Positions 1 to 13,100 of a DNA stretch of 64,000 nucleotides are shown in pieces. The notes under the pieces are model-generated. The model searched no databases. It was not told where the DNA came from and worked only from the letters and a program-made list of their open reading frames with translations. Source of the DNA: Fistulifera solaris (taxonomy: Eukaryota). The stretch spans positions 682,001 through 746,000 of the forward strand of contig AP026144.1 in the NCBI GenBank assembly GCA_030295235.1, given 5' to 3'. A program made the position numbers and the translations under genes. Every line of letters begins with the position of its first letter. The stretch's first letter is position 1.

Positions 1-159
1 CGAGGACGAGAAGGCTACGCGTTAGTTACTTTGCAAGCCGCTCTCCATTTCCTCGATAATAGCACCGATATCGATCACGTGTTTGGCACCGAGGACGACG
101 ACGACGACGATGTCAACGATGATGATACATTTGAAAACGTCCCAGAGAACGGTTATTGA
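1..159 (+). CDS. 3' end of a probable VPS9-domain (Rab5-type GEF) protein, partial
   Basis: Frame 1 reads RGREGYALVTLQAALHFL...acidic tail...TGA(157-159). GxEGY.L.TL..ALHF resembles the C-terminal helix of VPS9 domains. Confidence 0.55.
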   Translation, partial: RGREGYALVTLQAALHFLDNSTDIDHVFGTEDDDDDDVNDDDTFENVPENGY

Positions 160-224
160 AAGCGTCATAGTTTATGCAAACAGGTATTTATTAAAAAAAA
201 TAATTTTTGGACTTTTTCATCAGC

Positions 225-1639
225 CTATATTTCACAGCGATACAGTTCCAATTGATAAGCCAGATCGGATGAGTTTGCAAAGAGCAGCGGTTCCGTCTCC
301 GACACGACCGACACATTGCCATCAAAATCCCAAACACTTTCCCAAAGTGGCCGTTCGGCATCTCGATAAGAAGGAGTTTGATCCAGCCATAACGTGCGTT
401 GGCTGGATTCCATATCCTGCTCAAAGCGACACGGTTTGCACTTGAAGAGTTCAATCACATCTTTTAATCGACGACGGCGTGGGTGCTTTCGAAATTTTCG
501 AATAGGTTCTTCCGTGTCAAATTGCTCGATGAATCTTTCTTCTTCCAAAGCTATTGGTGGTTGAAATACACTTTCGTTGCAGGGAACAGTTTCGGGCGTT
601 CGTGAGATTTCATTTTTCGTGTCGTCATTATCAGGAATAATAGTCTGTGATGTTTCGACTCGTTCTAGAGTCGTTGCTGATTCGCGCTTTGCCGTAAACA
701 CCGTCGCCATTGGCACGTCGTTGGAAACACACGAAGCGTCCGTTCCCAAAACATCGACACGGACTTCGATTGCTGGTTCTTCGAAGGGTGGTGAAAAGGA
801 CAAAAACTGACAAGCATGATGGTGTTGAAACACTTCTCCCATGACATGAATACGCGATTGCGCTCGAGGACTGAGGCGTACGTACGACTCGGCCGGCTGT
901 TTCACATTTTTGGCCGGATTCCGTTCGGCTCTACCGTCTGGACTACTCCCAGATGCAGGAAACGTTGCAAAGCAGCACTCGCATGAGCAATGGTGGTGGG
1001 AGCCGGCATAGACCACGGCTTGGCCACGAGAAGCTCGAAGGGATGTACCTGGCTAACAGTGAACGGACTCCAGTGCTGATTGCGCCATTGTAACATTCCA
1101 TCGTAATCTTGTCGCCATCGTTCTCCCACATTGCTTTGGATGGAATACAAGACATCACGGACGGTGTCAAACTGCACGTCGATCCACAATTGCATCAACT
1201 CGTAAATTTTAGAACCTGGATCCATCAAAAGAATAATGATGGGCGAAAAGTCGGGGCCCCGAACGGATCGATCCTGTTGAATAACTTCGATCCTGTCACT
1301 GCTTTCCATCACCAATGATTTCCCCATGCGTACACTATCGTCCCCATCGGGAGGCGGCTGGGGATGCAAGGGCTCTCGACTCGAAAGAATATGCGCCTGA
1401 TGCCACGAAGAAGGTCGTGGTGCATGCGAGCCGCTGAGATCCGAAAGGTCGCGTGACAACGAGTACGCATTGTGAATATGAATCGAATTCGGTGTCCCTA
1501 TGCTCAAATCCGAAGCAGTGTCACTGTGATCATCGGTCGGAAGAGCACGTCGAATCTCATCTATCGTTAACCGATCGGTCCATTTACGGGGAACCGTCCT
1601 TGGAATAGGACGTCGTTTTCGTTTCTCCAACGATGTCAT
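225..1639 (-). CDS. Hypothetical protein, split by one frameshift near 905
   Basis: ORF 902..1639 (IIILLMDPGSKIYELMQLWID block) continues in ORF 225..1016 across a T-run at about 906-910. Confidence 0.55.
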
Positions 1640-2628
1640 GGTAAAATGGAACGAAAAACGATTTCAGAGTTGAAGTATTGTCAATCAACGAGGGGCAATG
1701 GAATACTAGGTAGTTCACTTCTCCGCTGTTGCCTGTTGCAATGGATCGAAAATGAAAGAAGATTTCTCGTCCTGGAGACAAGAGAAGAATATCTTTTGCC
1801 GATCTGGATTTAGGACAAACAGCAAATAATAATCATCATCATTCATCGGAATAATAGAATGCCATTCTTTTTCCGTTCGGTTGGGAGCCATTCCGCGAAA
1901 AGAAAGTTCGCCGCTCATTTATATAAGACTTATTTGTGCGTGACCGGCGCGCTACTGTGTTTTACTTGTACACCTTTATAGAAGTGTACACGCTTGTAGA
2001 AGTCCTCATTACTCAGTACTATCTACTAGAGATCCGTTTCTGGGCTTCGTCAACGTATTTTTCGTTGTTAAGTGTCAAGGTACTCAGATTTATCGATTCT
2101 ACTCCGACTATCAAGTGAACACGCGACGCACGCGTATTCAATCCTCAGCGGAAAATAACCTCAAGTACCGGTACGATAGCTTTCGAATTGTCCGACATTG
2201 GGGATAGGGATATGATGGTTCTTCAATGTGACGTCTTTCACGTGACCCGATAAAAGGACTCGACTGTGCGACGACGGAAAAGTCAACGTCATGCATCGCG
2301 CACGTCGCTTTTTCACTACGCAGTGTCATTGCGGTGCCGACCATTTGGTTGGAGTACATTTCGAGGTACTGTCATTTCTTTGTACTCTTTCGTACTATAC
2401 GCCGTCCTTCGTCCGCCGAAATTTTTGGCACTTTCCCGCGACACAACAACAAACGTCAGTCGAGAGATGACAACACACCACACAAAAGAGAAACACGTAC
2501 GTCGTCGACCCAAAAAATCCTCCGTGTGGCTTTGAAGCCAACGTTCGACGTTCGACGATCAACAACAACCAAACTCGTTCTTTTCTTGTTGCCTCCATAT
2601 TCTGTCTTGCAAGAATTTGTTAACAACC

Positions 2629-4859
2629 ATGAAGTTCTCGTCCATTGCCGTTGCTGCCATACTATTTGCTGCGAAAGCGGAAGCCTTTGCGGGGCCCCAG
2701 ATGAAGCCCCGTTTTGCGGTGCAAGCCCTCAAGAGCACGGCCGTCGAAGTTGACAAGATGGCCGCCTTGGCCACCGCGGCCGATGAGTCGCGTGGTTTGG
2801 CGATGGATTCTATTGCGGCCGCACATTCGGGTCACATGGGTTTACCGCTCGGTGCCGCCGAAATTGGGGCCGTCTTGTGGGGATCGCAGGTGCGTCAAAG
2901 AAGAAACAAACGAACGAACGAAAAAAAATCCGCCCGAATCTCGTTCTCTCCCTCACACACACCCTTTCTTTCTTTCACTCTCTCTCTTCTTGTAGATGAC
3001 ATACAACCCCGCTGATCCGACCTGGGTCAACCGCGATCGCTTCATTTTGTCGGCTGGACACGGATCCATGTTTGTCTACTCGTGGTTGAACTTGGCCGGT
3101 TACGACTTGCCCATGGACGAACTCAAGCGATTCCGTCAACACCATTCCATGACACCTGGTCACCCTGAATTCCCCAACTCGGAACACAACACGCCCGGTA
3201 TTGAAAGTACGACGGGTCCTCTCGGTCAGGGTGTTTCCAACGCGGTTGGATTTGCCGCATCCGCCAAAATGGCCGAAGCCGTCTACAACACCAAGGACCA
3301 CAAGATCTTTGATCATCACATCTTCACTTTGGCCGGTGACGGTTGCTTCCAAGAAGGTGTTTCGGCCGAAGCGGCCGCCTTTGCGGCACACGAAAAGCTT
3401 GACAACTTGATTGTCATGTACGATGCCAACGAGGTTACTCTCGATAAAATGGCCGAATACACGCAATCCGAGGACATTCTCAAGCGTTACGAAGCCTACG
3501 GATGGGAAACGTACGACATTGACGGACATGATTTGGAATTGGTCGAAAAGACCATTGCCGCCGCCAAGGCCAGTGACAATGGCAAGCCCAAGTTTATCAA
3601 GTGCAATACCATCATTGGCAAGGGCATGGAGGAGACGGAAGGTACCAACGCTGCGCACGGTGAAGCCGGTGTGCCGTATGTCGATAACGCCAAGAAGAAC
3701 ATTGGTCTACCCGAAGGAGAAAAGTGGTATGTCAGTCAGGGAACACGCGATTTCTTCAAACAAGTTCAGGAAACCAACAAGGCCAAGTACGACGAGTGGC
3801 AAAAGACGTATGGTGCTTGGAAGGAGGCCAACCCCGCTCTTGCCAAGCAGTTGGAAGACGCCGTGGCGGACAACGTCATGCCGGCCGAGGAAATGATTGA
3901 AAAGATCCCCGCCTTGGAATCAGGAGCCGAGGCCACTCGTGTGTCCCAAAACAAGGCCATTCAACACATTGCCAAATTGGTTCCTCACTACGTCTCGGGA
4001 TCGGCTGATTTACACGGATCGTGCCGTAACTACATCAACGATGGAGGAAACTTTGGTGCCGGTTTTGACAAAAGCTACGCAGGCCGCAACTTGTACTTTG
4101 GTATCCGTGAACACGCCATGGGATCCATCATGAACGGATTCGCGTACCACGGACTCTTCAAGATTTCCGGATCGACCTTTTTGGTCTTTTGTGGACTACA
4201 TGCGTGCCACTCTCCGTGTGGCCTCGTTGGCCGAACTCAACCGTGTGTCGTACATTTTGACACACGACTCGATTGGTGTCGGTGAGGACGGTCCCACGCA
4301 CCAGCCGGTCGAAACCGTCTCGGGTCTTCGTGTCATTCCCAACTTGGATGTCTTCCGACCGGGTGATGCGGAAGAAACGGTCGCCTCCATGATTCATTCC
4401 GTCACGCGCAAGGAGGGTCCGGTGGCCTTGATTTACTCTCGTCAAAATGTCAACCAAATCCCCAATATGGATTACAAGGAGATTCGCAAGGGTGCCCTCA
4501 AGGGAGCGTATGTTGTGAAGAAGGAAGAAGGTGACCTGGATATTATCATTATCGCCTCGGGTTCGGAACTCCAACACGCCACGGCCGCCGCCAAGGACAT
4601 GCCCAATGCCCGCGTTGTGTCCATGCCCTGCATGGAACTCTTTGAGCGCCAATCGGATGACTACAAGGAATCCGTACTACCCTCCACGTGCACGAAGCGC
4701 ATTGCCATGGAAGCCGGTGTCACCGGTTTGTGGTACAAGTACGCCAGCAAAGTCATTGGTACAGATAAGTTCGGTATGTCGGCTCCCGGTGATATTGTCA
4801 TGAAGGAATTCGGTATGACCGCCGACAATCTTGCGGCCGAAATTGCTGCCATGAACTAA
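2629..4859 (+). CDS. TKL: Transketolase, plastid-targeted; intron 2890..2995; frameshift near 4187
   Basis: Motifs [59 protein letters not shown]. Presequence [26 protein letters not shown] intron joins WGSQ|MTYNP. Confidence 0.96.
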
Positions 4860-5127
4860 ATCAAACCAAGAATAATAGTCATTTGTAGAACACTACTTGA
4901 ATGTGAGTATTGTAGCTTTTAGGAGGGGATGATCACTATAATTAGTTGTAACGTGGCCTTTGTAACTGGGCTATCCCCGAAAGCTGTCTGTCTGGCCTTC
5001 GTCAAGAGGCATGACAACGTTTCATTTTTCGAACTTCATCATTTTTCTCTTTTGTCTTTTTTTGTTGTTGTTGCTTTTCATTCTTTTTGCTTCTGTATTT
5101 ATGAATCGAAACCTTGTCAAAAATACA

Positions 5128-6105
5128 ATGGCACTGTACTCTCATCACAATGTCCTCCAACGTTTGTTTCCTTCACGACTCCTCTTTCAGGTCCGTTCCT
5201 TGGCGTCCGGTCGCCGTCGCAGCTGGGTGCAATCGAAACAACAACAACAACAACAACGACCCCTACTCGTAGAGACCCATCCAGCAATTGTTGAAAGTTC
5301 GACACTGAGTAAACATCATTCTTGGGACAAAAAATTCCGGATCTGGATAACGCCTCTCAGGTTTCGACGATCGTATTATACACGCGAACACGTAATAGAA
5401 GTGCTGCGCCGTCGATTTCCTCTCTGGATAGTCTTGTCGTTTTTCTGCGTGTGGTGGGATCAAACTTCTCCTTATTCATTGTTAACAATTCACGGTCCCA
5501 GTATGCTACCGACTATGGCCGCCGATGGGAGTGAAGTTTGGCTGGTACGAACCCGTGCTTGGCATTTCTTTGGACCTTTTTGTCGAACGAGTGATTTAGT
5601 GGGATTCGCGTCTCCTTATTCTTCCTCCTCGAATCAACAACAACAACAACAACATATTTCGTGCAAACGGGTGGTGGGAGTGGCCGGTGATCGTGTATCG
5701 CGTTACGGAAAGTATGTGCACTTGTATCTAGAACAAGATCCGGAGCATTGGGGACAACGAATGCCCGCTGAAGGTGACGGAATTCATGATTGGATCGATC
5801 GCAGCTTCGCTTGGGATCATCCAGATTACTGCGACAAAAACAAAGTAACGGAATCAAAGCGAACATTTGTGGTTCCTCCGGGACATGTGTGGTTGGAATC
5901 AGATTGTCCGGCCTTGGGCATCGATTCGCGTCAACATGGACCCATTCCCGAAGAATGGATCCGCGGACGTGTTGTACGACGCGTGTGGCCTCTTTTCGGG
6001 AAAGATGATCATCGCCAACGACCTCATCCCATTCCGCTGGATACCGAGAGTCTACGTCAACACAATGTTCATATCGTCCAAGAGGACGGGAATTCCACCA
6101 GTTGA
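5128..6105 (+). CDS. Mitochondrial inner membrane protease subunit (S26 peptidase, IMP1/IMP2-like)
   Basis: GPSMLPT (catalytic Ser), KRVVGVAGD (Lys), VPPGHVWLESD...DSRQHGPIP. Arg-rich N-terminus. Start codon is uncertain. Confidence 0.85.
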   Translation: MALYSHHNVLQRLFPSRLLFQVRSLASGRRRSWVQSKQQQQQQRPLLVETHPAIVESSTLSKHHSWDKKFRIWITPLRFRRSYYTREHVIEVLRRRFPLWIVLSFFCVWWDQTSPYSLLTIHGPSMLPTMAADGSEVWLVRTRAWHFFGPFCRTSDLVGFASPYSSSSNQQQQQQHISCKRVVGVAGDRVSRYGKYVHLYLEQDPEHWGQRMPAEGDGIHDWIDRSFAWDHPDYCDKNKVTESKRTFVVPPGHVWLESDCPALGIDSRQHGPIPEEWIRGRVVRRVWPLFGKDDHRQRPHPIPLDTESLRQHNVHIVQEDGNSTS

Positions 6106-6482
6106 TGGTTTCTTTTTCGTCATTTTTCGTCATGCACGAGCTACAGTATCATTTACACGAACTGGATGTCGCGTCGATTCGCATGATTCCTAGAGAAGAG
6201 ACACCAGATGGCTACAAGAAACAATTACATAGACAAGGTGGGAAGATGATTTGGCGTTTTGATGTACCTGGTAGCTTTCGCAACGAATCATCCATAGCAA
6301 GGGAATCGCTCCCTCTAGAGACTCTAGAGACTGGCTCCTTTACTCTAAAATATCGTACCGGTATCAAATCTACCTTTAGTGAAAAGTCGTCGCCGACCGT
6401 CTTTTGCACGTGGATGTTTTTGTTTTTCCCTGCCACCAGCATTTCTCTCTCCAGAGAGACCCTACACCTACAAGTATAGGAT

Positions 6483-6492
6483 ATGATACAAC

Positions 6493-6525
<33 letters not shown>

Positions 6526-6744
6526 CTCACAATCGAAAGATGCCTTCTTTGAAGTTAACAGTATCTTACGACGGAACTCGCTTCAATGGCTTTCAGCGTC
6601 AAAGGACAAACACGGATATGATCGAACGACCGGCGAAGCGACCTCATTTTACGAAAGAAGGCACCAAGAAATCCGTGACGGTAACGATTCAGGAATGCCT
6701 CGAAGAAGCCTTAATCAGTTATAGTAATCATCCTGTGACTCGTC

Positions 6745-6818
<74 letters not shown>

Positions 6819-7553
6819 GAGATCATTACCGTGAACGATTTAAAGCTCAAATTTGCGGGTCGGACCGATAAGGGTGTCCACGCTCGGGGGCAAGTGGTGA
6901 CCGTTTACTTACCGCCATTGACCGAAAGTTTGCACGAAATCCAACGTGGTATCAATAGTCGTTTACCGATGGATATTTCCGTCGATCAGATCGAATTGTT
7001 AAACCAAGCATTGGATCCACGGCATGACGTCAAACAAAAAACGTACAGTTACACGGTCAAATATCGTCGGCAAGTCTGGCGGGAAGATGGTACAATCCAT
7101 CCGCTGTGTCACTTGGGAATCTTTAGTTTCCGACAAGCCTTGGATCCACCCAATCTGTGGTGGTGTCCTTGGGCCTTGAATGACGCTCGGTTACCCGAAT
7201 TGTGTCAACAATTGTCCGGCAGGCACAATTATCGGGCCTTTGTGCACAAACAAGTGCGCGATGAGCAACCATCTCACGTCATGACCTTGGATCAAATGTC
7301 CGTGACATTCCAACAAGTCACTCCGGACGACGAGGAAGCTCCTGTCATCGTGGCACGGTTCAAAGTCCAAGCCAAAGGCTTTCGTCGGACCATGGTCCGG
7401 AATTTGGTCGGCTATTGCATCGATGTGTGTCGTGGCCACGAAAGTGTCATGGCCATGGATTGGGATACAATTTGGTCAGGTTCGGATGAAGCAGCCGATC
7501 GTATCAACGCGGCGCCGGCTTGTGGATTGTGTTTGGAGTCGGTCGTGTATTAA
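6483..7553 (+). CDS. tRNA pseudouridine synthase, TruA family
   Basis: LTVSYDGTRFNGFQRQ, AGRTDKGVHARGQV, GFRRTMVRNLVG, APACGLCL. The start may instead be ATG 6540. Confidence 0.92.
6744..6818 (+). repeat. (CAA)25 microsatellite encoding poly-Q inside the TruA-family gene
   Basis: Perfect CAA tandem read directly from the sequence. Confidence 0.95.
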
Positions 7554-7921
7554 AAGATAGTTTGATTGCACAAATAGCAATCATAGCTACCCTTTTGCTT
7601 ATAAATATGTACTGTACGACTCTATTAGTGATTTTTGATTAATGTGTGAGATAATTATATCTGATTGGATTATTATCGACTCGCATGTGAGTCTCTAGCT
7701 AGACACGCAAAACTTTAGAGCTCGACCTGATCCAACAGGATTCATTCATGATTCCTGAGTAAGCGTGACTAACTACCGACATACAGACGCCACCGTTTCA
7801 AATGCAGCATGGCATGCAGCATTTTCATTTTTTTTGCATTGCATCGACTCGTAATGAGTCATCATCTTTCGTTTGCCTGATAGATTCTTTCGTTTCAACG
7901 GACTATTTCTTTTTTTAAAGA

Positions 7922-8893
7922 ATGAACGGCAACAATAACGAAGAAGAGACACCCGGAAAGGGCTGGACGAATGGTGCCTTACCACCGGCATTCGCACCGC
8001 ACACCCTGGATGGCAAATTGCAACTCTATCAACATCATCGTCGATGGATTGGTTTAAATAGTTCGTGGTCCAGGATCGGCAATGACGACACGGAATTATC
8101 GAAACGAACCAGTAGTAGTTCCTCCGGCATTTCTTTGGTGGAAACTCCTGAAGAACAAGGACAACGCGTTCGGGCGTTAATTGCGCAATTGTGTGAATCC
8201 TTTTATAAGGCGGGATGGGCCACGGGGACGGGAGGTGGGATTTCGATTCGTGTGAAACACAACGACGACTGGCGTGTCTTTGTTGCACCGTCGGGTTTAC
8301 AAAAGGAAGATTTGATTGGGGATGATATCTTTGAATTGGATATGTAAGTTCCTCTTGTATAATTTTGGGATTCCCCTCCCCCTGACGACTCTTTTTGTTA
8401 TGTTCGAGACAGGAACCGCAACGTTGTCCAATATCCTTTCTCAAATCCTACATTGCGACAATCGGCGTGTACACCGCTCTGGTACGTCATTTATCGATTG
8501 CGACCCACGGCGACGGCCGTCTTGCACACCCACAGTCCCAATGCTGTTTACGCCACCTTGTTGGATCCGACCGAAACTTCATCTTGTTTAAGAATCACAC
8601 ATTTGGAAATGTTAAAGGTGTCGGAAATCACGCGTACGATGATTTCCTTACCATACCCATCATTGACAATCGACCCACGGAAGATCAACTCGCCGATCAA
8701 TTGGCCGCGGCCGTGCAACAATACCCTAAAACGAATGCGGTCCTCGTACGGCGGCATGGTTTGTATGTGTGGGGAGATTCCTGGGAACAATGCAAAACAC
8801 AAGCGGAATCGATCGATTATGTGTTGGCGGCGGCGGTCCAAATGAAACAAATGGGGATCGATCCGGCGGTGCCACCCAAGTCGGGGACATATC

Positions 8894-8926
<33 letters not shown>

Positions 8927-9719
8927 TAGAGCCCGTTACCAAGAAACAAAAAACAGGATTTCATGGTGTTTCGGCCGCCGACAATGCGGATGATTTGCTA
9001 GCCAATGTCACGCCCTTATTGCCACGCGATGGCTTCAAGGCGTTATTGCTCGATATCGAAGGATGTACGAGCAGTATTGCCTTTGTCAAAGAGGTCTTGT
9101 TTCCTTACGTCCGACAGCATTTGTTGGAATTTCTGGAACAGCGACCCAATGCGGATTGGTTACCGGCACTCCAGCAGGAAGTCCAGTCGCATGGAGGAGG
9201 AGATGTCATGACGACTATTAGCGATTGTGTCACGTATTTGATGGATCGTGATATCAAATCGGCGGCCCTCAAAGAGTTGCAAGGACAAATGTGGCAAGCG
9301 GGTTATGATGAAGGTGAATTACAAGGTCATGTCTATGCGGATATGAAACCCATGTTGGAATGGATGCAAGGGAACCATATTCCGGTCTATATTTATTCGT
9401 CGGGATCCGTGAAAGCGCAAAAGCTACTGTTTGGGCATTCGACACAAGGTGATTTGCTGCCGTTGTTGGCGGGACATTTTGATATACCGAGTGCGGGTGG
9501 GAAAAAGAAAGTACTTCGTATCAAACGATTGCGACTCAATTGGGTCTCCAGCCCTCCGAGATCGTCTTTGTGAGTGATGCGGAAGACGAATTGGTAGCCG
9601 CTCGACAGGCGGGGATCGGCAAGGCCGTCATGAGCGTGCGACCGGGCAATGTACCCATGACTGCGGTGGGGAAAGGGTTTCCGGCAATCTATTCATTGCT
9701 CCAATTGTGCGGTGCATGA
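7922..9719 (+). CDS. Bifunctional methylthioribulose-1-phosphate dehydratase / enolase-phosphatase E1 (MtnB-MtnC fusion); intron 8344..8412; frameshifts near 8613 and 9500
   Basis: GWATGTGGGIS, VAPSGLQKE, SACTPLW, AVLHTHS, VLVRRHGLYVWG, then the HAD domain LLDIEGCT, LKELQG, IYSSGS, FVSDAEDEL. Stop TGA 9717-9719. Confidence 0.92.
8896..8925 (+). repeat. (GAC)10 encoding a poly-Asp linker between the MtnB and MtnC domains
   Basis: Read directly from the sequence. Confidence 0.9.
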
Positions 9720-10104
9720 AAGTGTTCATGATTTTCACACAACAGTAAAAGAACTAGATGCATTCCTGTTTACACTCCGTCTTTAGGTTGTTTCCTGATT
9801 GTTGTCCACCGTCATCGTTGAAGAGACGGGGCGGTACCCGAATGACATTCCTTTGAAATTCTTAGACGCGTACCGGTACTCCTCTAGTCCAACTCGATCC
9901 TCTATCTCCTCCTCCACTTTCACCCAAAGACGACAGCTGTTGACTTTTAAGGTCAACAATTATTCGTTGCATCACATTGCTACTGATCAAATAGACTAAT
10001 TGTTACAGCAATAGCTCAGAAACGAATAACTTAATTAGTCTACACATAATATTGAAGACAAGGGAGGCGACAGGGAGCTGAGCAAGGAGGCAAGGTAGTC
10101 CAAA

Positions 10105-13100
10105 ATGACCTCCAAAGATCCTCGCGAGTATGTTCGGTAAGTCTCTAATGATTTGCTTTAAGGAATCCAGAGTCTCGTGTCATTTCACACAAGTCATATT
10201 CTGTACAGTCTTGCGTGTGAACTACACTTGTCCGGAGCTTTGGAAGAAAACAATCCAGTGGTGGAGGACTTTTTAGCGAGCCCGGAGGAAACGAAACTAT
10301 TTGTGTGGACGTCGGCCGGCAAGATGCACGCCGGTCTCACGTTACCGTCGGCATCGGTGACCTCGGCCATTGTCTTTTGCCGCTCCAACGAGTCGTCAAC
10401 CCTCCAATGTTTAACGTTACCGTCCAGCGGCGACGAAACAACAACGACGACCACTTCCATCTTGCAAGCGTTGCAAATTTACACGCAGCAATGTTTCATG
10501 CCCACCGTGCAGTCGCTTTTGCAACAAGATGAGGAAGCGCTGCAACGTCTGCAGGATAAATTGCGAGCTTTGGATGTGGCGCTGCAACAGACGTCTCGTT
10601 CCGCGCACTTACCGTCGATTGAATTGCCCATTCATCCGATCCTGCGAACGGCCGTGGAAAAACGAGGAGATGTTTCGACCTGGGACTGGGAAGCGCTGGG
10701 TCTGGCCGATAAACTCAACGACGATGACTTTCTGAACGAACTGCAGGCAGAAGTTTCGGGCTGGATTGCGCAAATTCGTACCATCACCACCCTCCAGCCG
10801 GAATTGGTGATTCAGGCTTCAGAAGATCAAGCTCCCAACCCGGACGCCGTCGCTCATGAAATGGCTTATTGGACGGCATTGCAACAAGAACTGCAACATG
10901 TTCAGGAACAGTTGCAGTCACCTGGAGTCGAGGCGACGGTGGCATTGTTGCGAGAAGCAAAACGATTTGTGGCCACGTTGGCACTGGAAAACAACACGGG
11001 TCTCGAACAGGCCATCGCGTACGCGGCAGATATGACACATTTTTTGAAGGGATACCCTTTGGCGGACTTACAGGCGGCGGTGGATTTTGAACAAATGGCG
11101 GCGGTGGTGCAGGCCATGTTTGATCATCTCGGCAAGATCCGCTCGAGCCGTTACTACTCACTTCCACGTGGTATTCTGTTGTTGGAGGGAACAACGGTCG
11201 TTCTGCGTGATGCTATCCAACATTTGTTGCTTCAAGATAAGCACAAAAATTTTTTGTTCATGGACTATGCGGACTATCAACGGAAAATTCGGTATCCTGT
11301 CCTAGACGTATTTGTGCAGTTTGAAGATCGTTGGCAGGAATGGAAAGAATTTATGCTGGATCAGGGCCGGCGTCGGAAGGTGACAGGCCTCAGCAAATTG
11401 TTGGATCAAATGGTTTTGCACCACATGCCATTGAGAGAACGACTGGACCAAATCGATGAATTTCGTCAAGCTCAAGAGACCCTACGCAATGTTGTTCACA
11501 CGGTGTTGCGTGAAGAGGAACCCACCGCGTTGCAGCAGGTGGAGCATGCTCCTCGGCAAATATTTGGAAGTATCGCTGTCCTCGATTTGAGTCCAGGAGG
11601 GAAACAAGCCTTGGAGACAGCACTAGAAGAGTACGACCTGCAAATTGATGCTATAGAGGAACGTCTAGCCCGACTCCTCCGTGAAAAACTGCAGGCATGC
11701 CAGGTATGTATACATGCAGTTTGAATTTGAAAATTCAATTGCCTTTTTAAACCGTGTAATCTTTCCGCAGGATGCTGAAGACATGTTTGGGGTATTCGCT
11801 CGTTTCAATCTGCTTCTGACGCGAAGCCGAGTACAGTCCGCTGTGAAGGAATTTCAAATGCAGCTCATATCAACTGTCGCTGACGCGGTAGAGAAACTGC
11901 AATCTAAGTTTACTTTTAAGTACGAAGCGTCGCCGGCTGCCCGCATTTCACGTCTCCGAGGAATCCCTCCTGTAGCAGGCAAGATTCTTTGGGCGAAGCA
12001 AATGGAACGACAAGTCCAAACATTGATGGAGAGAATGAGTGATGTCCTCGGGCCGAATTGGGGACAGCAGCTAGAAGGCCGTCAATTGAGCAAAAGCGGC
12101 GATGAGCTTCTTTCCAAGTTAGATGCTCGCTCGTATTTCCGGAGCTGGGTAACTGAGTGGGAGCGGGAACTTTCATCTTCTGCCCACAATAAACTTAACT
12201 CATTTCCAGTGCTGATTGAGAACCAGCAAGGAAAGCTTGTCGCCAGAGTCAATTTCGATGAAAAAAGCGAGCTCCTCTTCAAAGAAATTCGACACCTAAA
12301 GTGGTTAGGTTTTGCAAAGGACATCCCACGCACGTTGGTCATGGTCTCCGACGAAGCTACTGTTCGCTATTCATTTGCAGTGGCAATCAAGACGGCACTT
12401 CGCTCCTATCAAGCTGTTCGTGTCTTGATAACTTCTGAACTAGAGCCACTCGTGATGCCGCAACTACTCGAAATTCGCGAAATTATTTCGGAAGCCTTCG
12501 ATGTGAAGTTATCTACGTCTACGGCTGTTTCCAAAAAGCACCGTGTCCGCTGGGATACAAAAGAAATGACTGAATGGGTTATCCGCTTGACTGAGTCTGT
12601 CGCAAAGTTCGAAGATCGAGTAGAGCAACTTCTTCGTGCTTGTGATAAGGTTGATATTGCGTTGAACTTGATGGAAAAGGTGGATTACAACGCTAACATG
12701 TTTCTTGGTGTTTTGAGTAGTATCCAGAAAACAATAGACGAAATGTCGCTAAGTGGCTACTCCGATCTGGACTATTGGGTAAACACAGTCGGAAATAAAA
12801 TGGCTGAAGTTCTTGCAAAACGCCTTGAAAATGCTCTCAAAGGATGGAACAGGGCACTTCGGCTTTCGAAGGAGAACTTGACTAGCCACTTAAACGAAGG
12901 TAGCGAAGTAGATGGCGATATGAATGAGAGAGATGACGGCGTTGAGCTAGCTGTCTTGCCGACGAAAGTGAGCCTAGAAATTGTCCTTCGCAATCAAGAG
13001 ATATCGGCTTCCCCCTCCTTACCATCTGTTAGAGCCCACTTTCTAGACGCGCTGCATGCGTATATTAGCACCGTGTGCAATTTGCCACGACCAAGAGGCG

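Noticed and set aside
2975..3658. Long antisense and overlapping ORFs (also 25781..26242, 47041..47532 and many more)
   Set aside because: Shadow frames of real genes with biased codon usage and no recognisable motifs.
6744..6818. CRISPR-like array
   Set aside because: Simple trinucleotide repeat without spacers; eukaryotic context and no cas genes.
7922..9719. MtnB-MtnC fusion as a novelty
   Set aside because: The same bifunctional dehydratase/enolase-phosphatase architecture is known from plants.
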